This document shows, piece after piece, positions 46,396-59,221 of a DNA stretch of 64,000 bases; within the stretch, counting starts at the first letter, position 1; every line of letters begins with the position of its first letter. This DNA is from the human T2T-CHM13v2.0 reference genome, Homo sapiens. The stretch is from the NCBI RefSeq assembly GCF_009914755.1, contig NC_060926.1, one strand, 5' to 3'. A program made the position numbers and the translations under genes. The notes under the pieces were generated by a model. The model had not been told where the DNA came from. It did not search any database and was given only the letters and a program-made list of their open reading frames with translations.

Positions 46396-49300
46396 GTAAG
46401 TAATGAATAATTAATTACTTTATGCATTTCAGTACTGTTTAGAAAGCTCTCTAGATGTACATAACTTTCTATTCTTCAGCTCCAGCATTTGTAAAGCATT
46501 TCAGGTGAAAAGTTGGGGCTGGAATATCATAAGAATCAGTAAATCTATTGATAAAAAATACCCTGTGACTATCTGCTTCATTTTCTTCCCGTTTACTCTT
46601 GTTAATAATTGGAGAAATATTTCCAAAAATAGTAGTTGCTTAGAAAGAATAATTTTCCCAATATTTTATATATAACATTAGTCATACAAATACCAAGGTT
46701 AAAAACAATGGCTCATCTAGCCTTATTTATTATTAACTTTCTTTTCTTCTTTACTTTTCATTCTTTCTGACTTCTTTCTAGTTCTGTTGTTTTCTGGATC
46801 AGATAGAAAGGCTTTCTAAAGGTGGTCTTCAGCTGAGGTTGATGTGTTTTAGAATTTAGGATTCTGTCAGTACCATTTTACTTATTTTGTATCACTGTTT
46901 CGCCAACATGGTTTAAATTATTGTTTGTATTTATATTGGTCTTAATACAGACTTTGTCTTTCTGAAAAATCTAGTACCCTAAGGTTAGGAGACTTAGCTA
47001 TAATTACCTATTTGGTAAGCAATAATGAATCAGTATTGCAAATGTTGAAAATCTAGCTACCCAACACCAACGAAAAATAGTACACAGTTATTTACTTACT
47101 ATTTTATTGTAATTAAAGTTTCAATAGACTGCCAATTAGATGAATGTATACAATACAGACAAAATATAGTACAAGCTCTCAGAAAACCTCCACAAAATAA
47201 AAAAATAAGCAAAATTGTTGGCTACTTTTAAAAATGTATTCTACTTGTACATTTAAAATAAACGTTTAATCTTCGTATTTATTATGGAATGGCCCTATGG
47301 AAAAAATGGACTAAGAATATTCTGTTTAGTATTTTTACATATTAAGGAGAAAAGGTCATTACAATCATTAAGTGATTATATATGTATATCATTGGGCTAA
47401 ATTTAACCAGCCAACTAATGTACATTAATAATAAGGTCATCAGCCAGAAGAAAAATAATGACATTTTTGGTTTTAAACTAATTACAGGGAATCAAAGAAT
47501 AGTTACTTTGTGTGCAACTCTTTATGGTACTCGTGGGATGTCAAGGATATGTACAGCAGATTGCCTACTGTCTAAGAATGTGGATTTCCTTTGGGAGATA
47601 ATACTAACCCTTACGGAGAATTTTAATAAACAGTATACAGCAGTGTTTACTATTTCTTCAGTGGATGGTCCTCAGGGATACTAGAAAAAAGCCTAGAGAA
47701 TCATTGAGAAATACTGTCAATAGTGGAAAATTAGCCATTAGTAAGAAGATAGGATAGGAGACAGAATTCCAGAATTGATAATGATGAGAAGGTATGATGA
47801 TAATATATGGATTAAAGTCAGAATGAATGGATTTTTAATAAAATTAGTTTGGGGAACAAAAATTGAGTGCATTTTAATTTTTGCTTTTTCTTCATAAAGT
47901 AACATAATTTTATGGAGATTCTAGGCCCTCAGTAGCCAAGCATTCAGGTTAGATATACTCAGTACATGAATTATTCTATTATGTGGCTGTGCCTCATTAA
48001 ATACTCATTTACACAAGTCAGTGAGGTTTTCCCCCATCACTAATTATGTTTTGGTTTTCCATTATTTATTCATTACTTTTTTATCTTCCATGATACATCA
48101 AAAAAGAAACCAAAACAAACAGAACTTTTAGATTATTATTCCATTATCTCAATTCTTTTGCTGGTACTACACACCATCACCATCTCATATCATCGTGGTT
48201 TTCTCCATGTGCTAATTATTGCTGTTTTATCTTTGTGTTTCTGTGTTATATCTTTTTAAATCCTTTTGAGGTCTCTTTCTATTCTCCTCTACATTAGCCG
48301 TGACTCTTAATTACCACAGGGTCATATTTAGCAAATATTCTAATTTACTTGTCTTCTAAGATTCATATGCTCCCTAAGGACATTTATGTCACAACACAGA
48401 TAATTAAGCAATTTATAAGTCCTAGAGGTGTCTAAATTCGATGTCGGGCAGGGGTTAGGGGAGTGGAAGGTGGCATCAGTTTGCAACCAGTTACCCAAAA
48501 CTGAGAACAAAAATAGGAATTACCATAATTCCAGATGATTTCAAAGGAGCTTGTTTAATCATTCTCTCCTAACTTCAAAATGGCATTATTTAATACACTT
48601 ATGTTTTTAATACTAACGTTAGGCTAAAACCGGGATTTAATTTCTCTTCCAGGAAACTCTGTTGAAAAATATATTTTATTGAAACATATTGCTGGTTTTT
48701 CTGTGAGCAATTATCAATATCTTAATTATAATAATAATTAATTGGATCAGATCAGTATAAAAAGCTTTGAAATGAAAGCATGACAAGTCGTTTGAGAAAA
48801 TAAATATACTATTGATGAAAATGTCATAACAGAATGGCCTGTTCTATAGTAAGACATATTATGCTAAAATATGACTACAAATTTATTTTTAAAATTAAGA
48901 TAATTTGACATCTTAATTTATCTTATGATATCTTGTTTGACATCTTATCACTTTTCAGCTTAAACACATTTTAAATATGATTGGTGTGTACTTTTGGTTA
49001 TGTAATCATGGTTAGCAGACTCTATGATTAAAATAAATATTGGGCATGGTTGCCAAAATAAAAAATACTTTTTTAAAAATGAAATAATTGTGTTAAGGCA
49101 TTCTTTTGGATTGAAGGTAGGTGGATTTCTAATGAAAGGAGGAAATTAAAGGGCATACAACTTTTGAATTAGAGGATGGGAAGTAAGTGGTTTAGCCTCA
49201 AAACTGCTCTTTATAATTTCTAAGTGTTTGGAAATGTTATCTCTTAAAGCCAGAACTATTTCAAACAAAAGCTCAGTCACAATGTCATAATGAGGAAACT

Positions 49301-49486
49301 GTTTCCTAAGTATTAGCTGTACTCTTTCTGCTGTCAATAATTTGAATATCACCAGTGACCACGGCTGAAAATACCGGCAGCTATAAATTGTTTTATCAAA
49401 TCACTTTTTGAAATTATAAGGGGGTTGTAAACATAAGTCCAAGCCCCATGTGCTTAAGTATAGTTAAGATTTTAAAAATATGTATC

Positions 49487-49792
49487 TTTTTTGTTTTTTA
49501 AGACACAAGCTCTTGCTCTCTTGCCCAGGCTGGGATGCAGTGGTGCAATCATAGCTCACTGCAGTCTTTAAACTCCTGGGCTCAAGTGAACCTTCTGCCT
49601 CAGCCTCCTGAGTAGCTAGGACCACAGGTGTGTGCCACCAGGCTCGGCTAATTTTTTAAAACAGTTTTTTTTTTTTAGAAATGGAGTCTCACTATGTTGC
49701 CCAGGTTCATCTTGAACTATATCCTCAAGTGATCCTCCTCTGGTGGCCTCACAAAGCACTAGGTTTATAAGAGTGAGTCACAGAGCTTGGCC
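49487..49792 (-). mobile_element. AluJ
   Basis: Antisense dimer with J-type atcatagctcactgcag...ctcctgggctcaag. Confidence 0.92.
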
Positions 49793-50543
49793 CCCTAGAA
49801 TATATATCTTATGCATTAATATGAAAAGGAATAATTGAGAGATAAGACTCTAATCTGAAATCTCTGAAACTCTGTAAGCCTATTTAAATACATTCTACTA
49901 AAAAAGTAGCCATAACACAGGAAGGAAATTCATATATGGCAGCAGAATGATTCCAAGCAAAATGTTAGTTACGTATTCATTGGTCTAAGTGTTTATTTAT
50001 ATATAGGCAATTACAAAATAGTAGGTTTGGGAAGAACCAAGGAAGATTCATTGATTTATAATGCCTAGAGACAGCATCAGCTGGCTTCGATGTCATCCTA
50101 GTGTTTTTCATTTGGTTTCTTTGTTGTTTTATTTGTTGTGCTGTTGGGTATATGGAGGTGATAGATCCAACTCTGTACCGCTGTGAAATCAAGAAACTTA
50201 CTATTCAGTTTGTGTTTGAGTAAATAGGTGCCCTATTGAAACAACAACAAAAACAAACACAGTAGCACAGATAAAGAATTACTGAACAAAGGCACCGACA
50301 ATTGTACCTCATAAAATTTGAGATGAGGAAAGATTATCAGAAAATTCGATTGGCCACGTAGCCTCACATAATGGCCAATAGTAATGGATGATTTGTTAAT
50401 TATTTGTAAGATTTGGTCTACTCAGTATCTGTTGGAATCCCAGTAGTGATAGACATCAGTAGTGTAACTAACACTGATTAATCAGTGAAGCTGTGCATAT
50501 CAATGTTGTGTTTTGACAGTATTGTTTCTTTCTTTCTCTAGAG

Positions 50544-50728
50544 CAGTGTTTCTCCACTGGGGGTGATTTTGCTCCCAGGAGACATTTGTCAGCTCTGGAG
50601 ACATTTTTGATTGTCCTGAATGAATGTGAGGGGTTTGCTGTGGGAATCTAGTGAGTAGAGGTCAGAAATGTGCATCCTACACTTAACGCAACCAGAAATG
50701 TCAGGAGTGTAGAGTTTGAGAAACCCTG
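50544..50728 (+). mobile_element. MER20 DNA transposon
   Basis: TIRs cagtgtttctc / gagaaaccctg, with an 8-bp hAT-type TSD ctctagag / ttctagac. Confidence 0.85.
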
Positions 50729-52504
50729 TTCTAGACAGAGATACAAGAGAAACCCTGTGATAATTAGAAGGTAATTTTCTGAGGTGGGATCAAAGTAATG
50801 ACTTTTAAATTGATAATTTTAAGGGAGATATTAAACTGTGGCTTCCAGGTTCATTAGTTTCAGGTACTTTTCTTCTTTTGAATAACCCTGCAAAGAAGAC
50901 CAGCATGCATGAGTAGGATCATTTGGCCTTGGCTTCCTCTCTTGTGTGTATTGCTGAGTATAAAATAAAAGTGTGACCCAGTTTTCTTACAATTTTTGGA
51001 TGATACTTCTGATTGGGACTTTTTTGTTCAGATAAGTTAGTATCACTTATTTGGCTATTGCCAACTTTTTTTTTTTTTTTTTTTTACTAGGAAGCAGTTG
51101 TTCCTTTTTAAGATAGAGGATAAAAACTGATGGCTACTGGGGACTCCAGTCAGCATAATTGCTTTCATTGGTGCATTGTGCTTATGAATAATTGAATTTC
51201 ATCATCTTTTGCTTGGGCATGTCCTTCCCCTCGCTATAGCAGTTACCATTTCCTGTTGCTAGATACCTTCATATTTATCTTATTTTTATCATTCACTATG
51301 AAAATATTTAGATACTTATTATATCCACAATATTTATTTAAAAATGATTATTTATGTTTGTTTACATTATTTAGGTAATATTTGGAATATTTCCAATTCA
51401 GTCATCAAAATAGGATGTAACATTGATGTACATTCAGGGAAACAAATGGAATAATACATGTTTCAGCAAAGATTGGACACCTTTCTATATTTAGTTAGGG
51501 AAGGAAACATTGAATCTACCATAGACATTTAGGCTCTTCAAAATTTTCTGTAAGTTAGATATATGTGAAAGTGAATTCCAGCATAGCTTTAAAAGTAGTG
51601 GTCATTAAAACAGGGAAATTAGAAAGAAAATTTCTGATCCTTACCCTGGAAGTCTACTCAGGCACTATTTTAATTAAAAGTGTGAGAGGAAATAGTCTTG
51701 TTGCTTCTATGTGTTTGCAAGTGTGACAGGATTACCCTGCAGTTTCAAACAGTTATTCATACAGTTCCCCATAGGTTTAAAGGGCTAAAATTGACTACTA
51801 CATTATTATTTTTTACCCTCAATTACCATTATGAAGGATCTAGAAATTAGATTCTACTAACTAATTTATTCATGAGGACAAAGTATCTCAGATGGTAGGA
51901 CCATTTTATTGTCAATAATCATAGTGTTACTAATAAATCCACATTCATAGCCATTTATTATGCATATTGTTAAATGAGTAAGTCATCCTTATAAACAAAG
52001 TTATCTAAGTAATATATAAATAAAATTATCTGAGTAATATAAAAATAATATTAAAAATAATATAACTAAATTGTTTCCTTCAGATAGGAATACAATTATG
52101 ACAAAAATTAATTAGATGACACTTGTTTAATTATATGAACTAGAGCTTGGTTCAATCTTGTCTGACAGAGCCTATTAGATATATGTGATAAAAGGATTAC
52201 AATTCCAGTGTTGATTTTTTTAGAAGATTCTTATTTAGTCTCTTTGGAGCTGGAGGTGTCAGACAGGATGCTGGAAACCAACAGGCAGCTAGATTTATAA
52301 CAACTGTTTGCGATTGTTTTGGAATTTGGCTTCCTGAGAGGTCAGCTCTCTGACGTGTATCCAGAATCAGTCAGTCCATCTTGAGCAAGTCGAGGCTCTA
52401 GTTTAAACATTTGATGGATATTTCTGCCCTTCATTTTCTTGCTGAATAATTTTATATATTGCTGTCTCCCAGTCATAGAAAGCCAATTAGAAATTTTTAA
52501 AAAT

Positions 52505-52800
52505 ACTGGCCAAAGGATACAAAGTGTCAGACAGAAGGAATAATAAGCTTTAGAGAAACACAACAGGGCAACCAGAGTTAAGAATAATGTATTGTGTATT
52601 TCAAAATTACTGAGAGTAAATTTCAAATGTCTTACTACAAAAAGATGGGTATGGGAGCTGATGAATATGTTAATTAGCTTGCTTTAATCATTCCACATTG
52701 TGTATTCTTCCATATATATCAGAACATCACATTTTACCCCATAAATATATACAATTATAGTTTATAAACTAAAATTATTAATACAAATAAAATAATAAAA
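52505..52800 (+). mobile_element. L1MA 3' end
   Basis: caaaggatacaaa...aataatgtattgtgtatttcaaaattact...gttaattagcttg.tttaatcattccaca...ccataaatatatacaattat. Confidence 0.8.
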
Positions 52801-53808
52801 CACTCAGTGTTTTATTACTTTATGATGGAACTTAAGCAAACAAAATACATTTTCGAGAAACTTTTCAAGCTTTGGAAGTTGATGATATAAAAATAATTTT
52901 TCCCTTCTTTTGATCTTTCAGAATACTTCAGTCTACACAGCTTTGATGATGTAGAACTATGCATTGCCAAAACTTCTGCAGCCCTTCCACACTTCACATT
53001 ACATAATACAGATATTTTAATAGTATATTGGAAATATATTAAATTAGTATTTTAGTTTGCTTGTGAAACATGCGTGAGCATTCAAGGAAGTTCAATTTTT
53101 GGTAAACATTAAATGATAATGACAGCTCATTATAGAGCTAGAAAGCATTTTCCCTGTCTCCTACTTCAGTTGAAATTTAAAAAAGTAAAAAATCAACTGA
53201 GACCCAGAGAAATAAAGAGACTTGCTCAATAAATCTAGTGTAGTCTTGAGACTAAGGAAAACATTTCTTGACTCCTAATCCATTGTTGTTTTTAATATTA
53301 CTAGCTGAGAATTCCATTCAAAATACCTTTTAAAGAAATGTGAAAATAAATAATGATCCTTTAGTTTTTTATATATATAAAAATCTATGTTTATTTGTGG
53401 AATTTTTACTTAAACCTTTTAGGAAAGATGCTTGAATTAAATATATGTATGTTTGTATGTATTTATTCATATGTTCACATAATACAGATAGAATAGATAT
53501 CTATGTATAGATCTATCTATGCAGATATTGATCTATCTATATCTATCAATCAATCAACCAGTCTATCCATTTTACTACCAGATAATCAGTAAGGAAACAT
53601 TATATAGTGAGTGGAAAAGAGGAAAACTGTGAGTGTGGTTTACATAGCTTTGTTTGCCTTAACTTGTCTGAAGTCATCATATTTGTTTTTAACATATTTT
53701 AAATATTGTGATGACTATAACCTGTGTCATCATTCTTTCCATCCAAATGTTTTCAATTATTGTTGAAATATTGCCTCGTGAACAAAGGATAACAACCTTG
53801 GCTGCATT

Positions 53809-53858
53809 ACACACACACGCACGCGCACACACACACACACACACACAGACACACACAC
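53809..53858. repeat. (CA)n/(CG) microsatellite
   Basis: Read directly; alternating purine-pyrimidine tract. Confidence 0.95.
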
Positions 53859-54054
53859 CCCACCAAGCAAGCAGCACCTATTATTATGAACTACTACTCT
53901 ACTTCTCTTCTTTCCCCTGATATATCTGGCTGAAATAATCTAGTTTATATTTGAATTTCTTCTGTGTCTTAAAAACTTGTAGAGATTTTTCTACTTCTCC
54001 ATCTTTATGATGTTTCTGCATCATTGTTGAAATGACTCATTATACCTTATTACT

Positions 54055-56330
54055 TTATTAATTTATTTGCCAAGTGTTGTTTGGATCCCTGTTGTGTGTC
54101 AGATAATATTCCAGATTCTGGGGATACAATGGAGAGCAAGACAAGTTTGTCAGACTGACAATAAATGAGTAATTCATTGAAAATACAAGAAAATGTCAGC
54201 TAGTAAATTTAAATCCTTGTTGAAAAATAACATAGGGTGAGGTCTAGAGAATGATTAGTTGCTTAGGAAAGGCTCACTACGGAGATAACATTTCAAGGTC
54301 AAATTGAAGAGTTGTGTAGGTTGCAAGGCCAGTAATTACAAACAACATAGGGTTCAAACTATATAGATCTATTCCAAGAACAGAAAATATGTAAGTGGTG
54401 GACATGGGTAGAGAATGGTACAAGATGAACTCAATGAGATAACTAGGGGAAAGATTTATACTGAGTTTTGTAGGTCAAGGTTTTATTTTGTGAGCAGTAG
54501 GTACACTCTGAAGAAAGAAAGTGGCAATACCTAAGTCATATTTTAAAAGTACACTCTGTCAATTATATGGAGAGCATTTTCTAGGGATATTAAAGTAGAA
54601 ACTGAGAGACCATTCTGAAGGCTATTGCAGTGGTACAAGTAGGAGAAGATGCAGGGTGTGAACTATGTACAGGGATGCTATTGGAGAAGGTAAAAAGTAG
54701 GTGGGTGGAGGATTTGCTTGGAGATAAAATGGGTAGGGCTTTGTTGGTTAATTACCTTCAACTTGTTGGAAATAGAGGAATCAGCATCATCTCTGAGGTT
54801 TTAAATGTCATTAAATGGGTAATTCTATTTTGAATATTTTGCCACAATTTTTGACAATGGAATCTATTTCATGGTTAGGTCTTATATGTACATGTTTATG
54901 CATGTTTTCTGTGTATAACAGTATAACAGAGGAATTTTTAGAAGCCTGGTTGAAAAAATCTTGAAATAAAATTAACAAATTTATAATAAATAGAACATAG
55001 ACATGCAATCCATTGTCTCTTGGGGCTTAAAATATATTATATTGCCTATGATTATTTGATTCAATGACTCCATAATATTTTATATGCTTTTTCTGTCCCA
55101 ACTACAACTACAGCTGAAGATACAATAGAAAATAGGAGAGAAAATAGGAGAGCTCCTGCCATAAGGAAAACAGGAGAGCTCCTGCCGTAAGGATCTCATT
55201 ATGTATTAAGGGAGATATGCACTAATCAAATAATTAGATATATAAACATTTACAATTTATGACATAGAATAACTGCAAAGTATAGGAATATAAGAATGAA
55301 AGTTAAATATTGCTTTTACTTTTATTGCTTAATATCCATGTCAGAATTTCTAATGCATTGGCTGTATCTGTTTTAAATAAGTCACGGAAAGCTTTCCTAA
55401 AGAAATGAAGATGAGCCGGGCTCAATGGCTCACGCCTGTAATCCCAGCACTTTGGGAGCCTGAGGCAGGTGGATCACAAGGTCAAGAGATTAAGACCATC
55501 CTGGCCAACATGGCGAAACCCCATCTCTACTAAAAATACAAAAATTAGCTGAGTGTGGTGGCATGTGCTTCTAGTCCCAGCTACTCAGGAGGCTGAGGCA
55601 GGAGAATTGCTTGAACTTGGGAGGCGGAGGTTGCAGTGAGCTGAGATAGCGCCACTGCACTACAGCCTGGCAACAGAGCGAGACTTCATCTCTAAGTAAA
55701 TAAATAAATAAGAAATGAAGATGACTGCAGATAAGTTGACTAAGCAAGAATATGGCTTGAGCATAGTGGGACAGGCATGAGGCATGGAGTATTAGAAACA
55801 AAGAATGCCATGGTAGTGGGAGCAGCACAAGGAAGGGGGAAACAGGTTGGAGAATTAAGTAGTGGCCAGATCATGCGGGTCATGGTGCTAAATTTTCAAA
55901 AATGATCAGATTTGCTTTTGGAAACAAATATATTCCCGTTGAAGTGAGAAAGTAAGTTAAAATTGAAAGTTGTGGCTCAAGAAAGGACAAATAAAGACAC
56001 TAGTGGATGGCCTAGGCTTGAGATTATAAGCAAATGGACTTAGGCAGTGCCAGCAGAGAAGAGAAAGATTTGGACGATAATAATAAGTAAAATAAAAAGA
56101 AAGTAACAAAATAAGAATGTAGTGGTTGGTGATGGCGGTTAGAATGATGTATCAGGGATAATTCTTGAGATTTTGGTTGTATGACTTAAATGAAAGGGGA
56201 GTTAACCATTGAGATGGGGAATTCTGGGTGAGAACCAGGTTTGAGCGTATGGTTGGATGAAAATATCTGTTAAACGGCATTTAGTAACTAAGTGGGGAAA
56301 TCTATCAAACAGTATTTAGGGTGTCACATT
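54055..56330 (-). mobile_element. L2 fragments (about 54055-54820 and 55080-56330, the latter split by an Alu)
   Basis: ctggggatacaatggagagcaagaca, gaaggctattgcagtggtacaagtaggaga, ccattgagatggggaattctggg. Confidence 0.6.
55415..55709 (+). mobile_element. AluSc-like
   Basis: Perfect TSD aagaaatgaagatga at 55400-55414 and 55710-55724; ggtcaagagat..agaccatcctggccaac. Confidence 0.95.
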
Positions 56331-56384
56331 TCTTGATTCAAATGTGAAAAATGAACCTTTAAGTTAAAAATAGTCTCCACTCCT

Positions 56385-56505
56385 AGGTGGAGGTTACAGT
56401 GAGCTGAGATTGCGCCACTGCACTCCAGCCTGGACGACAGAGCAAGACTCTGTCTCAAAAACAAAATAAAACAAAAGAACACAAAACAAAACAAAACAAA
56501 ACAAA
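56385..56505 (+). mobile_element. Severely 5'-truncated Alu (last ~72 nt plus (CAAAA)n tail)
   Basis: TSD tagtctccact(c/t)ct at 56371-56384 and 56508-56521. Confidence 0.9.
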
Positions 56506-58489
56506 GGTAGTCTCCACTTCTTAAAAAGAAGGAGCAGAGTTGTGGATCATATGGTAATTCTGTATTAGCAGTTTGAGGAACTTCTAAGGTGGTTGCATGG
56601 ATTTGCCTTCCTAGCAATGGTATAAGAGGGGCTTGATTAATTCACATCTCTACAAAACAGGTTCTTACCTATTTGATTTTAGCCATTTTAGTGGGTGTGA
56701 AGTAATATCTTGCCATGGCATTTATTTGTATTCCCTTAATTTATTGATGATATTGAGGATCTTTTCTTGTGCTTATTGATCATTTGTATATCTTTGTTGG
56801 AGAAATGTCTGTTCAAATTCTTTGCCCATTTTTTATTGAGCTCTTTTCAATTGCTGAATTGTAAGATTTTTTCATATATTATAAATCAAATTCCTTGTCA
56901 GATACATAAGTTTCAAATGTTTTCTCCCAGGTATGTTGTCTTTCACTTTCTGATTGGTGTCTTTTGATGCACCAGATTTAAATGTTGATAAAGTCAAATC
57001 TATTTTTTCTTTAGTTTTCTATACATTGTTAATTTAGACTAACTTCTTTTTGTGTGTTTGAGAACATAATAGATTTTTATTTCTATGTTTAGTTCTATGA
57101 TACATTTTGAGTGGATTTTTTAATATGATGTGAGGAAAGAGGTCCACATTTATTCTTTTGCATGTGGAAATACAATTATCCATGTAACATTTTTGAAAAG
57201 ATTTTTTTTTCTGTTGAATAATTTTGGCACCCTTCTCAAATGTCAGCTGACCACAAATATATGATTTTGTCTTGGGACTCTGTATTCTATTAATCTATAT
57301 GTTTATCCTTAGGCCAGAAGTTCAGTCTTGACTGTTGTAGCTATGTGGTGAGACTTGTAATCAAGATGTGTGAGCCCTTGAACTTTGCTCTTTTTCAAAA
57401 TTGGATTTCTGTGTCCCTTACATTTCCATATGAATTTTAAGATCAACTCGTAAAATTTGCAAACAAAGTCAAAAGAAGCTAAGACTTTTGATGGTGATTA
57501 TATTGCTTATGTAGATCAATTTGAAAAATAGTGCTACACTAACAAGGTTCTGATCTGTAGACATACAATGTCTTTTAATTTATTTAGATATTATTCAGTT
57601 TCTTAAAAGAATGTGTTATATTTTTCCATCTAAAAATCATACTTTTATTGTTGAATTTGTTACTAGGTATTTTATTGCTTTTGTGGCCATTATAAATAGA
57701 ATTGTTTACTCCATTTCATCTTTAAATTGTTTGCAGCTAGTGTATAGAAATGTAATGATTTTTGTGTGTTGAATGCTTATCCTGCCACATTGCTGTATTT
57801 GTTTAGTAGTCCAGGCTCTTTATACTCATAAGGGGTTATCAGTCTGTAGCTTTTTCCAACTATGTCTTTGTCTGGTTTTGATATCAAGATAATACTAGCC
57901 TAATAGAATAAGTAGCAAATTGTTTCTTCCTTTTATTTTTTGGAAAAGTTTATGAAGGATTTTTTTTAATGTTTCATGGAACTCACTGATGATACCATTA
58001 TGGCCTAGGCTTCTTTTTCACAGGAAGTTTTAAATTTATTTCATCAATCCTTTTACATGTTATAAGCCTATTCCAAATATATATTACTTCTGAAATTTAT
58101 GTCTTTCTAAGACTTCTTGTTTTGATCTAAATAACTGAATTTGTTGATAAGCAATTTTATAGTATTCTGTTACATGTTCATTTCTGTAAGGTTGATACTG
58201 ATGCCTCTTCTTTCATGCCTGATTTTAGTAATTTGAATCTTGTTATTTTTTCTCATCCATCTATCTAGAGGCTTGCCAATTTTATTTTTCTTTTCAAGGA
58301 AGAAACTCTCAGCCTTATTCATTTTCTCCATTGTTTTTTTAGCCTAGATGTAACTTATTTCCACCTAAGCTTTTTTATTTCCTTCCTTCTGCTTGCTTGT
58401 GTTAGTTTCCTTGTTTTTTTCCTGACTTCTTTAGGTAGAAGTTTAAGCTATTAATTTGAGATATGTATTTTCTTCTTGCCCTTTTTTCT

Positions 58490-58818
58490 TCTTTCTTCTT
58501 CTTCTTCTTCTTCTTCTTCTTCTTTTTTTTTTTTTTGACACAGGGTCTCACTCTGTTACCTAGTCTGGAGTGTAGTGGTACAATCATATCTCACTGCAGC
58601 CTCAACCTCCCAGGCTCAAGTGATCCTCCCACCTCAGCCTCCTGAGTATCTGCACTACAGATGTGTGCCACCATTCCCAGCTAATTTTTTTAAAAAAAGT
58701 TTTGTCACACTGTGGTCTCACTATGTTTCCTAGGCTGATCTTGACCTTCTGGGCTCAAGTGATCCTCCTGTCTTGGTCTGCCAAAGTGTTGGGATTACAG
58801 GTGTGAGCCACCACACAA
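58490..58818 (-). mobile_element. AluJ with (CTT)n/poly-T tail
   Basis: (CTT)n at 58493-58523, then tgacacagggtctcactctg...gtgtgagccaccacac. Confidence 0.92.
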
Positions 58819-58819
58819 G

Positions 58820-59221
58820 ACTTCCTCCCTCCCTTCCCCACTCCCTCCCCTCTTTCCTTCCTTCCTGTCTCCCTCCCTTTCTTTTCTTCTCTTCTATTTT
58901 TCTTTCTTTTTGACAAAGTCTCACTCTGTTGCCCAGGCTGGAGTGCAGTGTTGTGATCATGGCTCACTGTAGCCCCAATCTCCCAGGCTTAAGCAACCTT
59001 CCCACCTGAGCCTCCTGAGAAGCTGGGACTTCAGGCATGAGCCACCATGTCTAGCTAAATTTTTAATTTTTTGTTAGATTGTGTCATACTATTTTTCCCA
59101 GGCTGGTTGTGAACAACTTACCCCAAGCAATCCTCCCACCTAGGCCTCCCAAAGGGAGGATTACAGACATGAGCCACCGCACATGGCCTAAGATTACAGA
59201 TATGAGCCACTGCACCTGGCC
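58820..59221 (-). mobile_element. Second tandem AluJ with CT-rich tail and a duplicated 5' end
   Basis: tgacaaagtctcactctgttgcccagg..., with gattacaga.atgagccac.gcac.tggcc present twice (59159-59221). Confidence 0.9.

Noticed and set aside
49200-49430. Complex, repeat-free stretch that looks like a conserved enhancer (similar impression at 20330-21000 and 33560-33790)
   Set aside because: Impression only; conservation or chromatin data are required.
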